This document shows positions 52,670 to 64,000 of a DNA stretch of 64,000 bases, in pieces (the stretch's first letter is position 1; each line of letters opens with the position of its first letter). The stretch spans positions 61,132,001 to 61,196,000 of the forward strand of contig OZ336885.1 in the NCBI GenBank assembly GCA_965287045.1, read 5' to 3'. This DNA comes from Carcharhinus amblyrhynchos. Taxonomy: Eukaryota. A program made the position numbers and the translations under genes. The notes under the pieces were generated by a model. It saw only the letters and a program-made list of their open reading frames with translations, made no database searches and was not told where the DNA came from.

Positions 52670-53679
52670 CTGAGTGAATAACTGCAAAAAAAAATGAGTA
52701 AGTATTCTGTCGTTTATAGTTGAGTTATATTTGGGGGGAGATGATCAACGGAATTGTGCAAGCTTGGACTACATTCCTCTATTAACCAGCATCTCAAAAA
52801 CTGTGATTACCATGTCGCCATAATATTGATTATCTTTGTTTGGAGAACATTGGCTACTGTATTTCCTATTAAAAAAAATGCAAAAAAAAAACTGTCCTAA
52901 AAATAATTCGACAAGGCTTGTGGTACGTAACAATCGCTAAATAAACGTAAATATTGAACTTAATTTTGTCTAATTGTTTAAATAATAGTACGTAAATTAA
53001 TTTGCTTTACAGCACCACTCTTTACATTTGTCCCACTCTGACTGTAAGTGACTACATTTTTACGTAATTACATATTTATTTTTGTTTATTGTCATGTCTG
53101 CAGCAAATGTTATTAACTCTCCCTTTGCGATGCCAGAAACAATATATATTTCCACTGCACGATCACTGTCGCTAACATACCAGGCACATTTTTCAATCAA
53201 TTTTTCCAATAAATTAAATCGCCAGTTACGAGAGCACACTCGTGTAGAATTGTACCTGAGCATTTTGGATTGTGTCCTCATCAAGCGAGGTACTGTCTTA
53301 GGTGTTGCAGAACACCTTGATGGTTGTTGGAGTTGTATTCTGCAACGATTGGAGAATGTCCAATCATTCTGTCTCGTGGCATATTTGTTTTAACTTTCAT
53401 TCAATCTCAGATACGAATAATCCGATGCCGGAGAACTATTTGATAATTAAGTCGTGCAGTTTTAATGAATCTTGGATGAACAATAGGTGCACAACATGCA
53501 ATCAAGTACTCAATGTTTTCCCAGGGGCATGTCAGCGAGAACAAATACGGCAATCTGTAAATTATCTTGTTAAGGATCCGAATGCAGTTCAACAAAGCAG
53601 CTTCATTCAGTTAGCTCATTATTACACACGGGCACGTGAGCAGAAAATCAACTGACAAAATATATATTGTTGATGATGT

Positions 53680-53897
53680 TGAGATGCGGGCGTTGGACTG
53701 TGGTGAATACAGTAGACGTCTCCCAACACCAGGCTAAAGTCCAACAGAGTTATTAAATCAAGAGCTTTCGGAGCGCTGCTCCTTCATCAGTGAGTGATCA
53801 TCAGGTGACTCACGTGATGAAGGAGGAACACTTCTTAAGCTCATGTTTCCAAACGAACCAGTCGGGCTTTAACCTAGCGTTGTGAAACTCCTTACTT
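53680..53897. mobile_element. Palindromic Penelope-derived element with a minimal hammerhead-ribozyme-like core
   Basis: Arms ~53710-53795 and ~53803-53897 are imperfect inverted repeats. The minus strand reads CTGATGA-A-GGAGC-AGC-GCTCC-GAAA-GCTC. Confidence 0.7.
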
Positions 53898-53914
53898 TTT
53901 ATAGACCACGAACT

Positions 53915-54480
53915 ACCATATGGACTTCAATAAGGCATTTGACCGTATCCGTCATGGCAGGCTGGTACAGAACGTAACGTTTAACCTGTTCAGAGGTGAG
54001 CTGCCAAGATTGATACTGAACTGGCTCAGTCATTGAAGGCAGAGGGTCGCAATGCAACGGTGTGCTTCTGAAAGCAGGTGGTATTATTGGTGCTCCTTAG
54101 GAATCAGTGCTGGGTCCTTTGCAGTTTCTAAAATATATCCGAGCTTTGTGGAAAATGTACCTGGTTCGATTGGTAAGTTTGCGAATGACAAAACGTTTGC
54201 TGGCCAATAGCGATGAGAACTGTTGGAGAATACAGCATGATATAAATCAAATGGAAACGTAAGTGGAGAGATGACAGTTGGAGTTTTATCCAGCAAATGC
54301 GAAGTATTGTATCTTGGATGGTGTAATGTAGATGGAAATACATGGTAAAAGGTAGAATTAACAATATTGGTTGCACAGGTTTACAGGTGTACAGGTTAGT
54401 GAGAGTGGCAAAGCAGGAAGAGAAGGAAGTCAAGAATGCGTATAGCATGATTGCCTTCATCGACCGAGGCATTACAATAA
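53915..54480 (+). mobile_element. Old degenerate CR1 reverse transcriptase fragment
   Basis: Relics of MDFNKAFD..HGRLVQ, GSVLG, KFANDK and AYSMIAFIDRGI. Confidence 0.8.
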
Positions 54481-54809
54481 TTTCCTGCATCAGGAAATCT
54501 ACTCACTTGACCCATAACACCTTTCTTTAAGCACCAGTATTGCTACTGTAGTTTCTGACGCGCTTTTCTGATGGGTCATGAGGCACGTGTTGGAGATTCT
54601 TGATTCAATATTGTCATTTAGGGTTATATTGCGCCTTTATAAAGTGCATTTTAATCTTGCTTCTTTGAAGTTTTTTTAATAGCTTCTAGCATTTTACTGA
54701 CATTATTTTATCTGCACCCATTATTCTGCATTGCTATTGACACAACAACAGTTCCATTTTTTTTCCAACCTGATTTATACAATGTCTTGGAGTTGTATAG
54801 CCCTTTGGA

Positions 54810-55005
54810 CATTGAGCGGAGTTTGAGTCAGGATGATTGACAGGTCAGCTGATGTCTTGAAAAGATTTTTTATCCACAGAGTTCCAACTGTTCAGTTAAA
54901 TATGTTGGAATTATACTCGCAACGTTGTAGGACAGACGTGCATCGATTTCTGATAATCCACCATCGTGGTTTAAAATAAAAACAGCTACATTCTTATGGG
55001 GACAG
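54810..55005 (+). mobile_element. Probable very old CR1 3' relic
   Basis: Weak resemblance to the CR1 FF.QRV region and the GATTTCTGATAA..TTATGGGGA 3' UTR. Confidence 0.4.
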
Positions 55006-55073
55006 GATATAGACACTGAGTGCCCTTACTTCGTTCTGTATTTGTCATTTTGTGTTTTAGCCACACAAACAAT

Positions 55074-55103
55074 CACACGCGCGCGCGCGCGCGCACACAC
55101 ACA

Positions 55104-55142
<39 letters not shown>
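55074..55142. repeat. Compound (CG)n(CA)n microsatellite
   Basis: Read directly from the sequence. Confidence 0.97.
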
Positions 55143-55144
<2 letters not shown>

Positions 55145-55800
55145 ATATCCATTGTGTGCTCCTTCTATTGAAGAAGGTAATGATCATAAGATTGTAAGTC
55201 ACTAATGAAATATACTTGATCTCTTGCTGCTGTGCATTTCGTTGATAATACGCTCTGAAGAAGAACAGGAAACTAGGTCCTACTGAAGAGAGTGTTCCCC
55301 CCGCTCCCCCCCCCCCACCGCACCCCCCCCACCCCAAGTAAGTGTATGATCAATTGTTTCCAAAGAATTGTCAACCAAGCTGAATAATCTCATTTTTTTG
55401 TTCCATTCTTTCAATTAGCACACCTTTTGTGTTCGAATGTTCTGCAGAGGCAGCGACTAATAATCGTTATGAATCTTCATTTTTTTTTAATTCAGTTCGC
55501 TGCGGAATCAATACTCGTTGACTACTTGCCAATGAAAAGTCTTGATATCTCATGTCTGCGAGCCAATGCTATTAACACTACAGGCTTAGCAATACGACGG
55601 TTCACTCAATTTCAATTATCATTTTTAGATGGCGCTCCTCATCGACTTGCCAATAGGAATATAAATGGAAATCTCCCTAAACAACTTTGAAATATGCGGT
55701 CCGTTTTTGGAATTCCCTCCAATTGTCTGCGCAGTTGCGCATTCGGAAATATCAATTACAGGTGGCATACATGAGCTCAGACCTACCAAGGTAGCTTCAG

Positions 55801-55802
<2 letters not shown>

Positions 55803-55845
<43 letters not shown>
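55803..55845. repeat. Compound (GT)n(GA)n microsatellite
   Basis: Read directly from the sequence. Confidence 0.97.
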
Positions 55846-56810
55846 CATGTAGCTGTTCACTGGGGCAAAAAGATGACACTAAAGATGGACGTAGTGCCTG
55901 GCAGTTTCAACCGTAAAATGTACATTATTCATTGCGCTGTTTATTTGTATTCTTAATATCAATTGTCAATGCGAGTAAATAGCTAAATTGATGGAGATAA
56001 TGAAAGGATGAATGGAGGAACGCACAATTGGGAATGTTGCACAGTGACTACTTGTGGGAAAATTAGTCAGGTGAGAAGTTACGTGACAGATAAGTTGTTT
56101 AGGTGGATCTGAAGTCCATGGTTTTGTGATCGTTTCATTTGCCCACTTGCGGTTCCCAGTTCTGAGGCATGTTATCCTGGGTCACTGGAGCATACATTCT
56201 TGTGATGAGAGATTGTCTCGACTGCTCATCGATTTTTGGAATTGGGGATGTTTGCAGACATACATTCCAAGAGGGGAATTGTGCGGGCCACAATTCAGGC
56301 GCTTCAAAGGCCATTGTTATTATTGCCAGTGTTGGTGGATGATCCAGGGGAATTGCTTTGTGGGGGAGGTGGGGGTGGGGGGGGGGGCGAGGGCGGAAGG
56401 GTGGAGGGGATGGGGGGAGGAGGGCGGGGAGGTGGAGTTGAGTTAGGAGGAAGTGGAGCGACAATTCAACTGTATTGTCAACCAGGAGTTAAAATGCGTT
56501 TTTTTTTTCCCTGTTGCATTTCCAGGGAACCCACATAGAGAACAAGCACAGGTGTTCACATAATTGCAATGCAGCTCAGAGCCCAAGCGTTTGTGGAGCA
56601 TCGAGGAGGAAGACGTTTGATCGTTGGAAGTTCAAAGATCATCGACAATCCCTGCGCTGCACCTTACGGTGGGATTTGCAGAATGACCCAATATCCATCA
56701 TTGAGGATGTGGATGGCACAACTGTTTTTTTCTTTCGAGAAAAGACGATGAAGCAGTCTTCGTGCCAATTGATACTCACGTGTTGAATACTCAATTAAAT
56801 GTTCGCCTAC

Positions 56811-56840
56811 CTTCATTTTTGTCATGTGCTTTTTCTTCAG
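56811..56840 (-). CDS. Candidate 30-nt phase-1 microexon AEEKAHDKNE
   Basis: ttcgttctgatttgtgcacag|CTGAAG...AATGAAG|gtaggc. Same symmetric style as the other exons, but there is no paralog to cross-check. Confidence 0.5.
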
Positions 56841-57301
56841 CTGTGCACAAATCAGAACGAACGAAATCTAATTAGGTCTTCTAAGCGTCTTGCCAAAAAT
56901 GGAAGATTAAATCTGTCAGACCAAACAATTCTTCCCAGATGAAACATGGATCGCATTCTAAATGAATTGAGAGAAGCGTGATGAGAAGGCGAAAAGTCAG
57001 CTCAATGATCGTGTTGAATGTTACAACATTATTTAATACAAGACGTCACGATGTAAGTAGTTGTGGAGTAAGAAAGCAACGTCATAGCTTGTGGCCAAAA
57101 GAGGCAGGAAATGTAACGCAAACAGCAATCTCAAAGCATTAAGGTCAGAAATACCTGCTATGCTTGTGAAGTGAACGAATTCCCTGCATAACATTATGTA
57201 GCACTCTAACTTCAGTCTCCCACAGCAAGTGGACGACGTATTGGAGGCATAGAATGAAATTTACAGTAATTTACACTCAGTAAGAGAACTTTGCAATGAA
57301 G

Positions 57302-57530
57302 TTACTGTGAAATTTCCCCAGTCACCACACTCTGGCCTCTGTTCGGGTGAATGCACCTAACCTGCACGTCTGTCAGGATATGGAAGGAAAACGGAGCACC
57401 CGGAGGAGACCCACGCAGACACGGGGAAAACGTGCAAACTCCACACAGGCAGTGACCCAAGCCAGTAATCAAACCCAGGTCCCTGGTGTTCTGAAGCAGC
57501 AGCAGTAACCACTGTGCTCCAATGCCGCCG
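57302..57530 (-). mobile_element. Short V-SINE-type SINE
   Basis: Reverse complement of the GGCGGCATTGGAGCACAGTGGTTA head and the GGGTGCTCCGTTTTCCTTCC core. Confidence 0.85.
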
Positions 57531-59261
57531 CGTAATATAGACATAAACAACACTCTAATAAAAACTAAGTCTGGTCACATTATGAAAGCATCATCGAAAT
57601 TCATCAACCACTAAACTGGGACTCGGAGAAAGTGCCTTTAGTCGAGATATTTGAACGAGAACCAATGAGTCAAAATGCTTTCAAATGAAAGATTCTAAAT
57701 TGAAATGGGTAGAAACAAAATATTCATGCATATAAGAAGAATGTTTGGAATCGAGAGGAAACAGAATTGTGCAAGGATGGATTTTGATCTCCTTTTCTTA
57801 TGGAACGTGGTTATATCTGAAAAAAAAACAGGTGCAGCAAACGTTGATGGAGGAATGGACTAATGCTTCACAGAGAGAAGTGCCCTTGCAGAAAATGGAG
57901 CAGAAGGGTAAATGAAGATGTTTTTCGCTGGTGGCTTCACACACGATTCTATTTTGGCCTGTTCCAGGTTAATCCCTCTCTTTGATACCCGGTTGTGCAT
58001 TCTCCCGTCGTTAGTTCAAGCCATCCAGTAAAGAAGAGGGCAAACTCACTTATCTGTATAATCTGTTGACAAGGTATCTCGATTCGATATTTAGTTCAAC
58101 AAATTTCAAATATAACAATTGCCCTTATTTTTTTTCTCTATGAGATTGGATTTGTCTTTCTCTTTTTTGTTTTTTTTTCCCCTAGATTTGTCTCTTTTTT
58201 TTCTGTTTATTCTTCCACATTTCATTTAGGTCTCCATTGTGATGTTCCCCGTGACGCCATAGTTAGAGACAAAAAAAGTTTGTTAAAATGACAATGCTCA
58301 TTCTTTTTGACAGGTCAATCGCAACATTTTTGATTTATTTTTCTTCGTTTAATAAAACCTCATCGTAGTCTAATACCTGTTTCCTTATGCACAAATAAAG
58401 CATCGACGTTCTCTTAAAATTATTACAACCTTCGGATTTATCTTCCTGTTTGGCAAAGAATTTCTAAAGATTTACAAGCCCCTAAGTGCGAAGGATGAAG
58501 TAAAAGTCAATTCACTTTTGAATTGCGATTCACGTACAAAGACAACCTTCCGTTTTGCAGCACAGTGCTCTGCACTGCGGCACAGCTATAAAGAATCATT
58601 ATATTGCTATCAAAAAACCTTTTCAGAGGTTGCACTTCAAACTGCCTTCATTCCTTTAGAAACTTTTCAAAGCAGCTATACGACCCCTTCATGGAGATCA
58701 TTTTGACGAATGTACATAGTTGAGATGGCATACCACTCGTCACTTTATTGATATTTATGTATCCACTCCATCTCCTTCGCTAGACAGTGCACAACAATGC
58801 TCATTTTATGAAGAACTTCCATTAAATGTTTTCATGAAAGCAAAATGCATTGCATCTACCGTTAACCTGTTATCCACCACGGATGTTTCTTCCAGGCACA
58901 AAAAATTCCTTTGAATTCACTTTGTGAATCCCTTTCACACAATAGTGCTAAACTTAACCCGATTTTGTTGAATATTTCGAATCTCTCTACTACAGCTTAT
59001 TGACTGACCGTTGCCAACATATCACTTCTGGCGCGAATGGGCCCCTAAATTTTGCTTATGACTCCCTCAGAAGGAAGGTTATCCTTACTAGACAAATTGT
59101 GGGCACCCAGTTCAAATCATGCAAGTGAACAAATGCAATGGTAATTCCAACCTATCAGCAGATTTTCTTATTTGATTTATTCATAGAAGTATGAAACTGT
59201 TGAGTCATTTTGTTTTTCTTTTAATGGACATATGCATGGAGGTAAATTTTCATCCGTTTTA

Positions 59262-59760
59262 GAAACCATAGGAAATTACAGCTCAGAAACAGGCCTTTTG
59301 GCCCTTCTTGTCTGTGCTGAACCATTTTTTGCCGAGTCCCACTGACCTGCACTTGGACCATATCTCTCCGCACCCCTGTCATCCATGTACCTGTCCAAGT
59401 TTTTTTTTAATGTTAAAAGTGACCCCGCATTTTCCATTTTAACCGTCAGCTCATTCCACACTACCACCAGTCTCTGAATGAAGAAGCCCCCTCTAATTTT
59501 CCCTTTAAACTTTTCTCCTCTCACCCTTAACCCATGTCCTCTGTCTTTTTTTTTCTCCCCTAGCCTCAGTGGAAAACGCCTGCTTGCATTCACTCTATCT
59601 ATACCCATCAAAATCTTATACACCTCTATCAAATCTACCTTCATTCTTCTACGCTCCAGGGAATACAGTCCTAAACTTTTCAATCTCTCTCTGTAACTCG
59701 GCTTCTTAAGTCCAGGCAGCATCCTCGTGAACCTTTTCTGCATTCTTTCAACCTTATTTA
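59262..59760 (-). mobile_element. CR1 3' fragment (different subfamily)
   Basis: Reads ERMQKRFTRMLPGL..SYRERL..LGLYSLERRRM and RGHGLRVRG..FFIQRLVVVWNEL. Confidence 0.93.
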
Positions 59761-60366
59761 GCTCAATCCCATTTGTTGATTCAATGCTAGATTTATAATC
59801 TCTATCACTACCCTTTATTGTCATACTTATTCGTAATTTCTCATAATAGTGTTTTTCATTCCCCCTCCCCACCCTCCCCCTCCAGCCCAGGGTTCACTTT
59901 ATTATCGCTCCCTCTTAACTAATGTGATCACTTTACCATGCTGCTTATCATTACACCATTTGCACTTCACGTCGTTTGTGGTTCACAGCACCGCCGGTCT
60001 CAGGAGAACTGCCTCTAATGCTCCAATTGCTATCGCTTCTGAATGCGACAGTACCAAATTATCATAATAGTTCTTCATGTAAGCCAGAAGCTCAATGGTT
60101 ATTTGTTGACCATTAGCCGCGTGGTAAGATCTGATGTGGAACAGTAGGGAAAAAAAAATCGGGAAATGTCAACGAGACACATAAAGCAACAACAAAAAAA
60201 TGTATATCCCAGCTTTTATTGAAACCACTTTTCCATTTCACAAAGCCAGGGCATCTTAGCACTTTTGGAGTATTTTTAGAAAATTTCACAGTAACTTCAA
60301 TGCGGCATTGATGTAAGCCTCACTGTGACTAATGCATCAACTTTACTTTCTTCATTTTATTTTTAC

Positions 60367-60396
60367 CTTTAATATCGTCGATATCTGAGTGTCCCG
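60367..60396 (-). CDS. Candidate 30-nt phase-1 microexon AGHSDIDDIK
   Basis: gaatgtttcag|CGGGAC...ATTAAAG|gtaaaa. Confidence 0.4.
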
Positions 60397-60599
60397 CTGA
60401 AACATTCTCAATAATATTCAATTTTAGGCGCACGTAAGGGAAACTACGATTCACTTTATCCTCTTAGGTCTCCCTTGCTGCCCAATTTGAAGCCCGCATT
60501 GTGCAGTCTTTCAGGCTTTGAAGTGTTAAGTACTAAAGTTGATTAGATAATATTCCGGTGAGAGATAGTAGGATCCCGGGCCTTTGATATCCATTTTTC

Positions 60600-61800
60600 C
60601 AGTTTGTTCGTTTCGTGAAGAAAGATGGGAGATACGAGGCCTGATTTTCCCTTCCCGATGCGGCTTTTTTTTGGTGTGGATGGTCGCGAGATTCTCATTT
60701 CCGCCATTACGTAGCATTCGGGCTTGCCTTCCCGACGCATGCGCCTCTCTCACAGCCGGAAAGCAGATGAAGTCGGGACCATGCTGGAAACTGGTGAGAA
60801 CACAGGTAAGTGATTTACATCTGCCTTCAATCCTATTTTAATGTCAGTATCGGGCCCGCATGGAGTGCCGGGCTGGATAGCATCTTGCACCCGCCTGGAG
60901 TATTTCACTTTCGTGGGGTTCAGAGTAGTTCCGTACTTGCAGTGAACGAGCGGGACACCCCGCCCGATTGAAGGGGGCAATTGGGGCCTCTAGGGGGTCG
61001 GGCGGCGGAGAGGGCGATGGTTACTTCTGGGCAAACACTTCAGCGGTGCCAGCCTGTGCCCCGACACTAGCTAAGGGGAAAAATGTCCATGCCCAAGGAC
61101 ACCGAGTATCGAGGCGAAGGGGACAAAGCCTAGGGAAAGGGGCAAGGTGGCGAGATCTAGGGGACGAGGCCAAAAGGCGCGTCATAGGGGCGTGATCAAG
61201 GGAGTTTGAGCTATTTTCGGGGGTAGGGGGCGCTGGAGGAGGCTAGGTGAGACTGGTGTGGGTGTGAGTGCTGCTGCCACTCTGTAGATAGGATCGGTCG
61301 GAACTGCCGGGAGGCCATCAATGGGGGAGGGCTTGAGAGAGGTGGAGTGTTATTTGAGGGGAGGATGGGGGAGAGATTCTGCCTCTTGGGGGAGGCTTGC
61401 CTCCTGTGTGGCTGGTCAGCCTCCCGGTGGGAAGGAGATTAGGCGGCGGAGAGTGGGTCGAGAGGGCTCGGACAAACGTCACCCCTGAGAGGGAAGGGGG
61501 AGTGGAAATTGCGGTGCTCTGGCCGGGATGCCGGGGCTGACCGGGAATGCATGTGGGGGCCGCGACCGGGCAATGTGGGAGGTGTTTTGTGTGTTTTGTG
61601 GTGGTAGTGGGGTGGGGTGGTGAGGAGGGGCGTCGAAGACAGAACTGCGAGTGTCCCAAACAGATGGTTGACAGTTCGGAGCAGTTCGGAGTTACTGCAC
61701 AAGCGCGGAGTTCTGGAACTTTCAGATACTTGTGTGAATAGCCCCCGACCCTGTTCCCTCACCGCCCCCTCCCACCCCCCTCCCCCACCGACAGATTTTA
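60600..61800. promoter_or_regulatory. CpG-island-like, possibly bidirectional promoter
   Basis: GC and CpG content rise sharply. Clustered motifs: YY1-like CCGCCATT (60701), NRF1-like CGCATGCGC (60736) and ETS CCGGAA (60756). A perfect plus-strand donor CAG|GTAAGT sits at 60806 and a minus-strand ATGGCGG at 60707. Confidence 0.65.
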
Positions 61801-64000
61801 CTGAGATTCACGATTGAGAACTTTGAAGTGCAGACAGTTTGGGAGATTCCAGTGTGAACTTGCACTGTGGAAAAAAAAGATCGTGGACTACAGAATTTGT
61901 CTCGCCAATTCAGCACTTCGATTTTCTTTTCGGGAGAATCGTCCCACTTTTTTTTAACCAGTCACTTGTAACGTTTCTTGACCATTGTATCTAATGCAAT
62001 TGTTCTTTTGATGCAATTTCTATTCCGACACCTATATGCAGCAAATCTGAACTGCAGACGTTTCAGCCTTTACTCCAATATTCTGCTGGATTGTGTTAAT
62101 TGGCAACATTGATTTAATAACAGGACACTTTTACAATATAATTGCATTAGTTAGAGGGTTTCGGATTCCGGGATGTTTGTTTTTGCAAGGTTAACGGAAA
62201 ATAAAACAAAACACGCGGCGCTTGAAAACTGACCTGCGCGACACTGAGGCACCAATTAAATCGGCATGCAGGGCTTTAGTATGAAGACAAACACAGTCGC
62301 GAAAGGAAAACTTATTCTGCAGATGTTTCGACGCTGGTTTCCAAAAGTGTAAAAAAACAAAACGAGCTGTTTTCCAAGTTACACGTTGCTAGTATCTTCC
62401 AAATTGAACATTTCAAAGCTACTGTTTACTGTTCAAGTTTCGCTGCCAAAGTTAGCATTTGTTCTCGGCAATGAGCACCTTAACTGAGAATGCAACAGCC
62501 TCAGCATAGAAATTGGACAGCATCATTCTACTTTCTACACGTTTGACATCCATTGCTTTTGAAGGAAATGCAATAGGAGTGTAGAGGTTATATTATTTTG
62601 TTGCAGAGAGATTGCAATAACTAACAACTGCACAATAAAAAAAAACTTACAATCACAAATATCGAGTCAATAGCTCTGCATGAATGGAACTAAGTTTCTA
62701 TTTTTCGTTGAAGTGACATGAGCTTCGCTGAGCTGAGGCAAGATGCTCCTTTTGGAGAAGTTTCATTTGTTTATTTAACCGTTAAACATATGGAGAGTCT
62801 CGTACTCTCGTGGTTGCAATCTGATCCCGAGATGACTCTGAGAACATAACTCTTTTTTACCATTCCGGTTCCTCACCGTGAGCCCTGCTTGGTTTCCCGT
62901 GTGACCTGACCTTCAACTGCAGATTCACCGTTCAAGGTACAGTCGCCTAAAAATTGTAGCAAAGAGAAAATGCAGACACGATAACAATTCGGGATATGAA
63001 ACAAAATACGACTTTTTTGTGTGTGTTTCCGTGAAGACCAAGGTTATGGAGCAGCCTCCCAAGCAAACGTTTGAATTGCATGCAGGCGATATTGATAACT
63101 GACCCTCTAGCTGGCTTTATTCAAAAAAAGACTCAATTTACTAGACCCAGGTAATTAAATATTAATGTCTGCATTTAGTCAATTGTAATCAAGTCATTCA
63201 AGGGCCTGCCAAATCCTTGTGAAGCAGAAAAGCACCACTGTCATGGCCGCTTCAACAGGGTTGCTGTCAGCAGAAGTTACAATGACCGGCTCAGTTCTCT
63301 ATTTTGCCGTGGAAGCAGTTATGCCTGGTACAGAACGACCTGGAGTTTAACTAGTAAAGCAGCTGGCTACATATATTGAAGACAGCATACTTCTTGATGG
63401 CAAAACTGACTGTTGAGGCACCTCCATTTCCTCCCAAATTGTCTCTGTGTTCCCAGGCCATGCGTTCCTTTTGAGTCCACTTGAAAAAAACATGTTTCAG
63501 TTGTACAGACACTGATTCCTAGAAAACGTTCAAAAATCCCTTGAAATACGCAGTCACAGCCACTATAAAGCTCACTGATGGCAAACATAACTCATGACTT
63601 CAGTTCTGATTAACTTTAATTCTGTCAGGCAAGTGTACATTCTCAAACTGGTTTTGAGGCAATGGTTCATGAACAGTGCTGCTGGCAGTGCTGCTTTGCC
63701 CCAACTCAGTGGTCCAGTAGCAAATGCGCAATGGTAAGATTATAGAACCTAAAGTTCCTTCTGACTGATTATTATTTGTCAAAAACATAGGTTTGGGCGA
63801 CTCGCAAAGGTATTCTGTTGGATGTGTGGTGTTTGTCATTGTTGTAGTTTTCCATATCACGCTTTGTGTCTCAATGTTTTCATATTCAGCACTTGTGAAT
63901 ATTGTTTCATTTTCCGTCACTGTTAACTCAATTATTCCGTAGTTGGAAATTGCACCTTTCAAATGCAATGTAGGAGACATCATGTTAAAAACGTCCAGCT

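Larger units (their letters stand above)
29883..53104 (+). repeat. Tandem segmental duplication, right copy (unit probably 26037-53104)
   Basis: Colinear with 1-26036. The offset falls from ~29.9 kb to ~27.1 kb, matching the two CR1 insertions found only in the left copy. Confidence 0.95.

Noticed and set aside
1-53104. Shark Ig/TCR cluster (tandem units of similar size)
   Set aside because: No V or C domain ORFs and no heptamer-spacer-nonamer RSS pairs were seen.
54507-54870. Ig-C1-like fragments LTCQSS..WKKNG..TCLMTHQ on the minus strand
   Set aside because: They need several stops and frameshifts, partly overlap a probable antisense CR1 relic, and have no good acceptor.

Overview
This is vertebrate genomic DNA, almost certainly from a shark or other elasmobranch, judged by HE1/V-SINE-type SINEs, shark-type CR1 LINEs and Penelope-derived repeats. 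Most of the window is a direct tandem duplication: 1-~26036 aligns with ~29883-~53104 at roughly 90% identity by eye, giving a unit of about 27 kb. The left copy carries two extra young CR1 insertions. Nearly all supplied ORFs are LINE fragments or noise. The main signal is missed by the ORF track: a minus-strand gene built from at least 22 symmetric phase-1 microexons of 27, 30 or 36 nt, each with AG...GT borders, spread from ~52.7 kb to ~2.3 kb. Spliced together they give a stop-free heptad coiled coil (DDLKNKLQEA-ERKLMLTEQ-EAENQLQMFNEL-EKRLKDKVN-ALESKSPVD-DHELREKNA-EIATLKKRLQDA-AELNGVLGA-ENEEKLNTLKEL-EKEIKDKTK-ELDSISEELSKK-DKQLRAKSI, then repeated). The duplication is inside this gene and extends the coil in frame. 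A CpG-island, promoter-like region lies at ~60.6-61.8 kb. I cannot name the gene. All exon calls were made by eye and need transcript confirmation.
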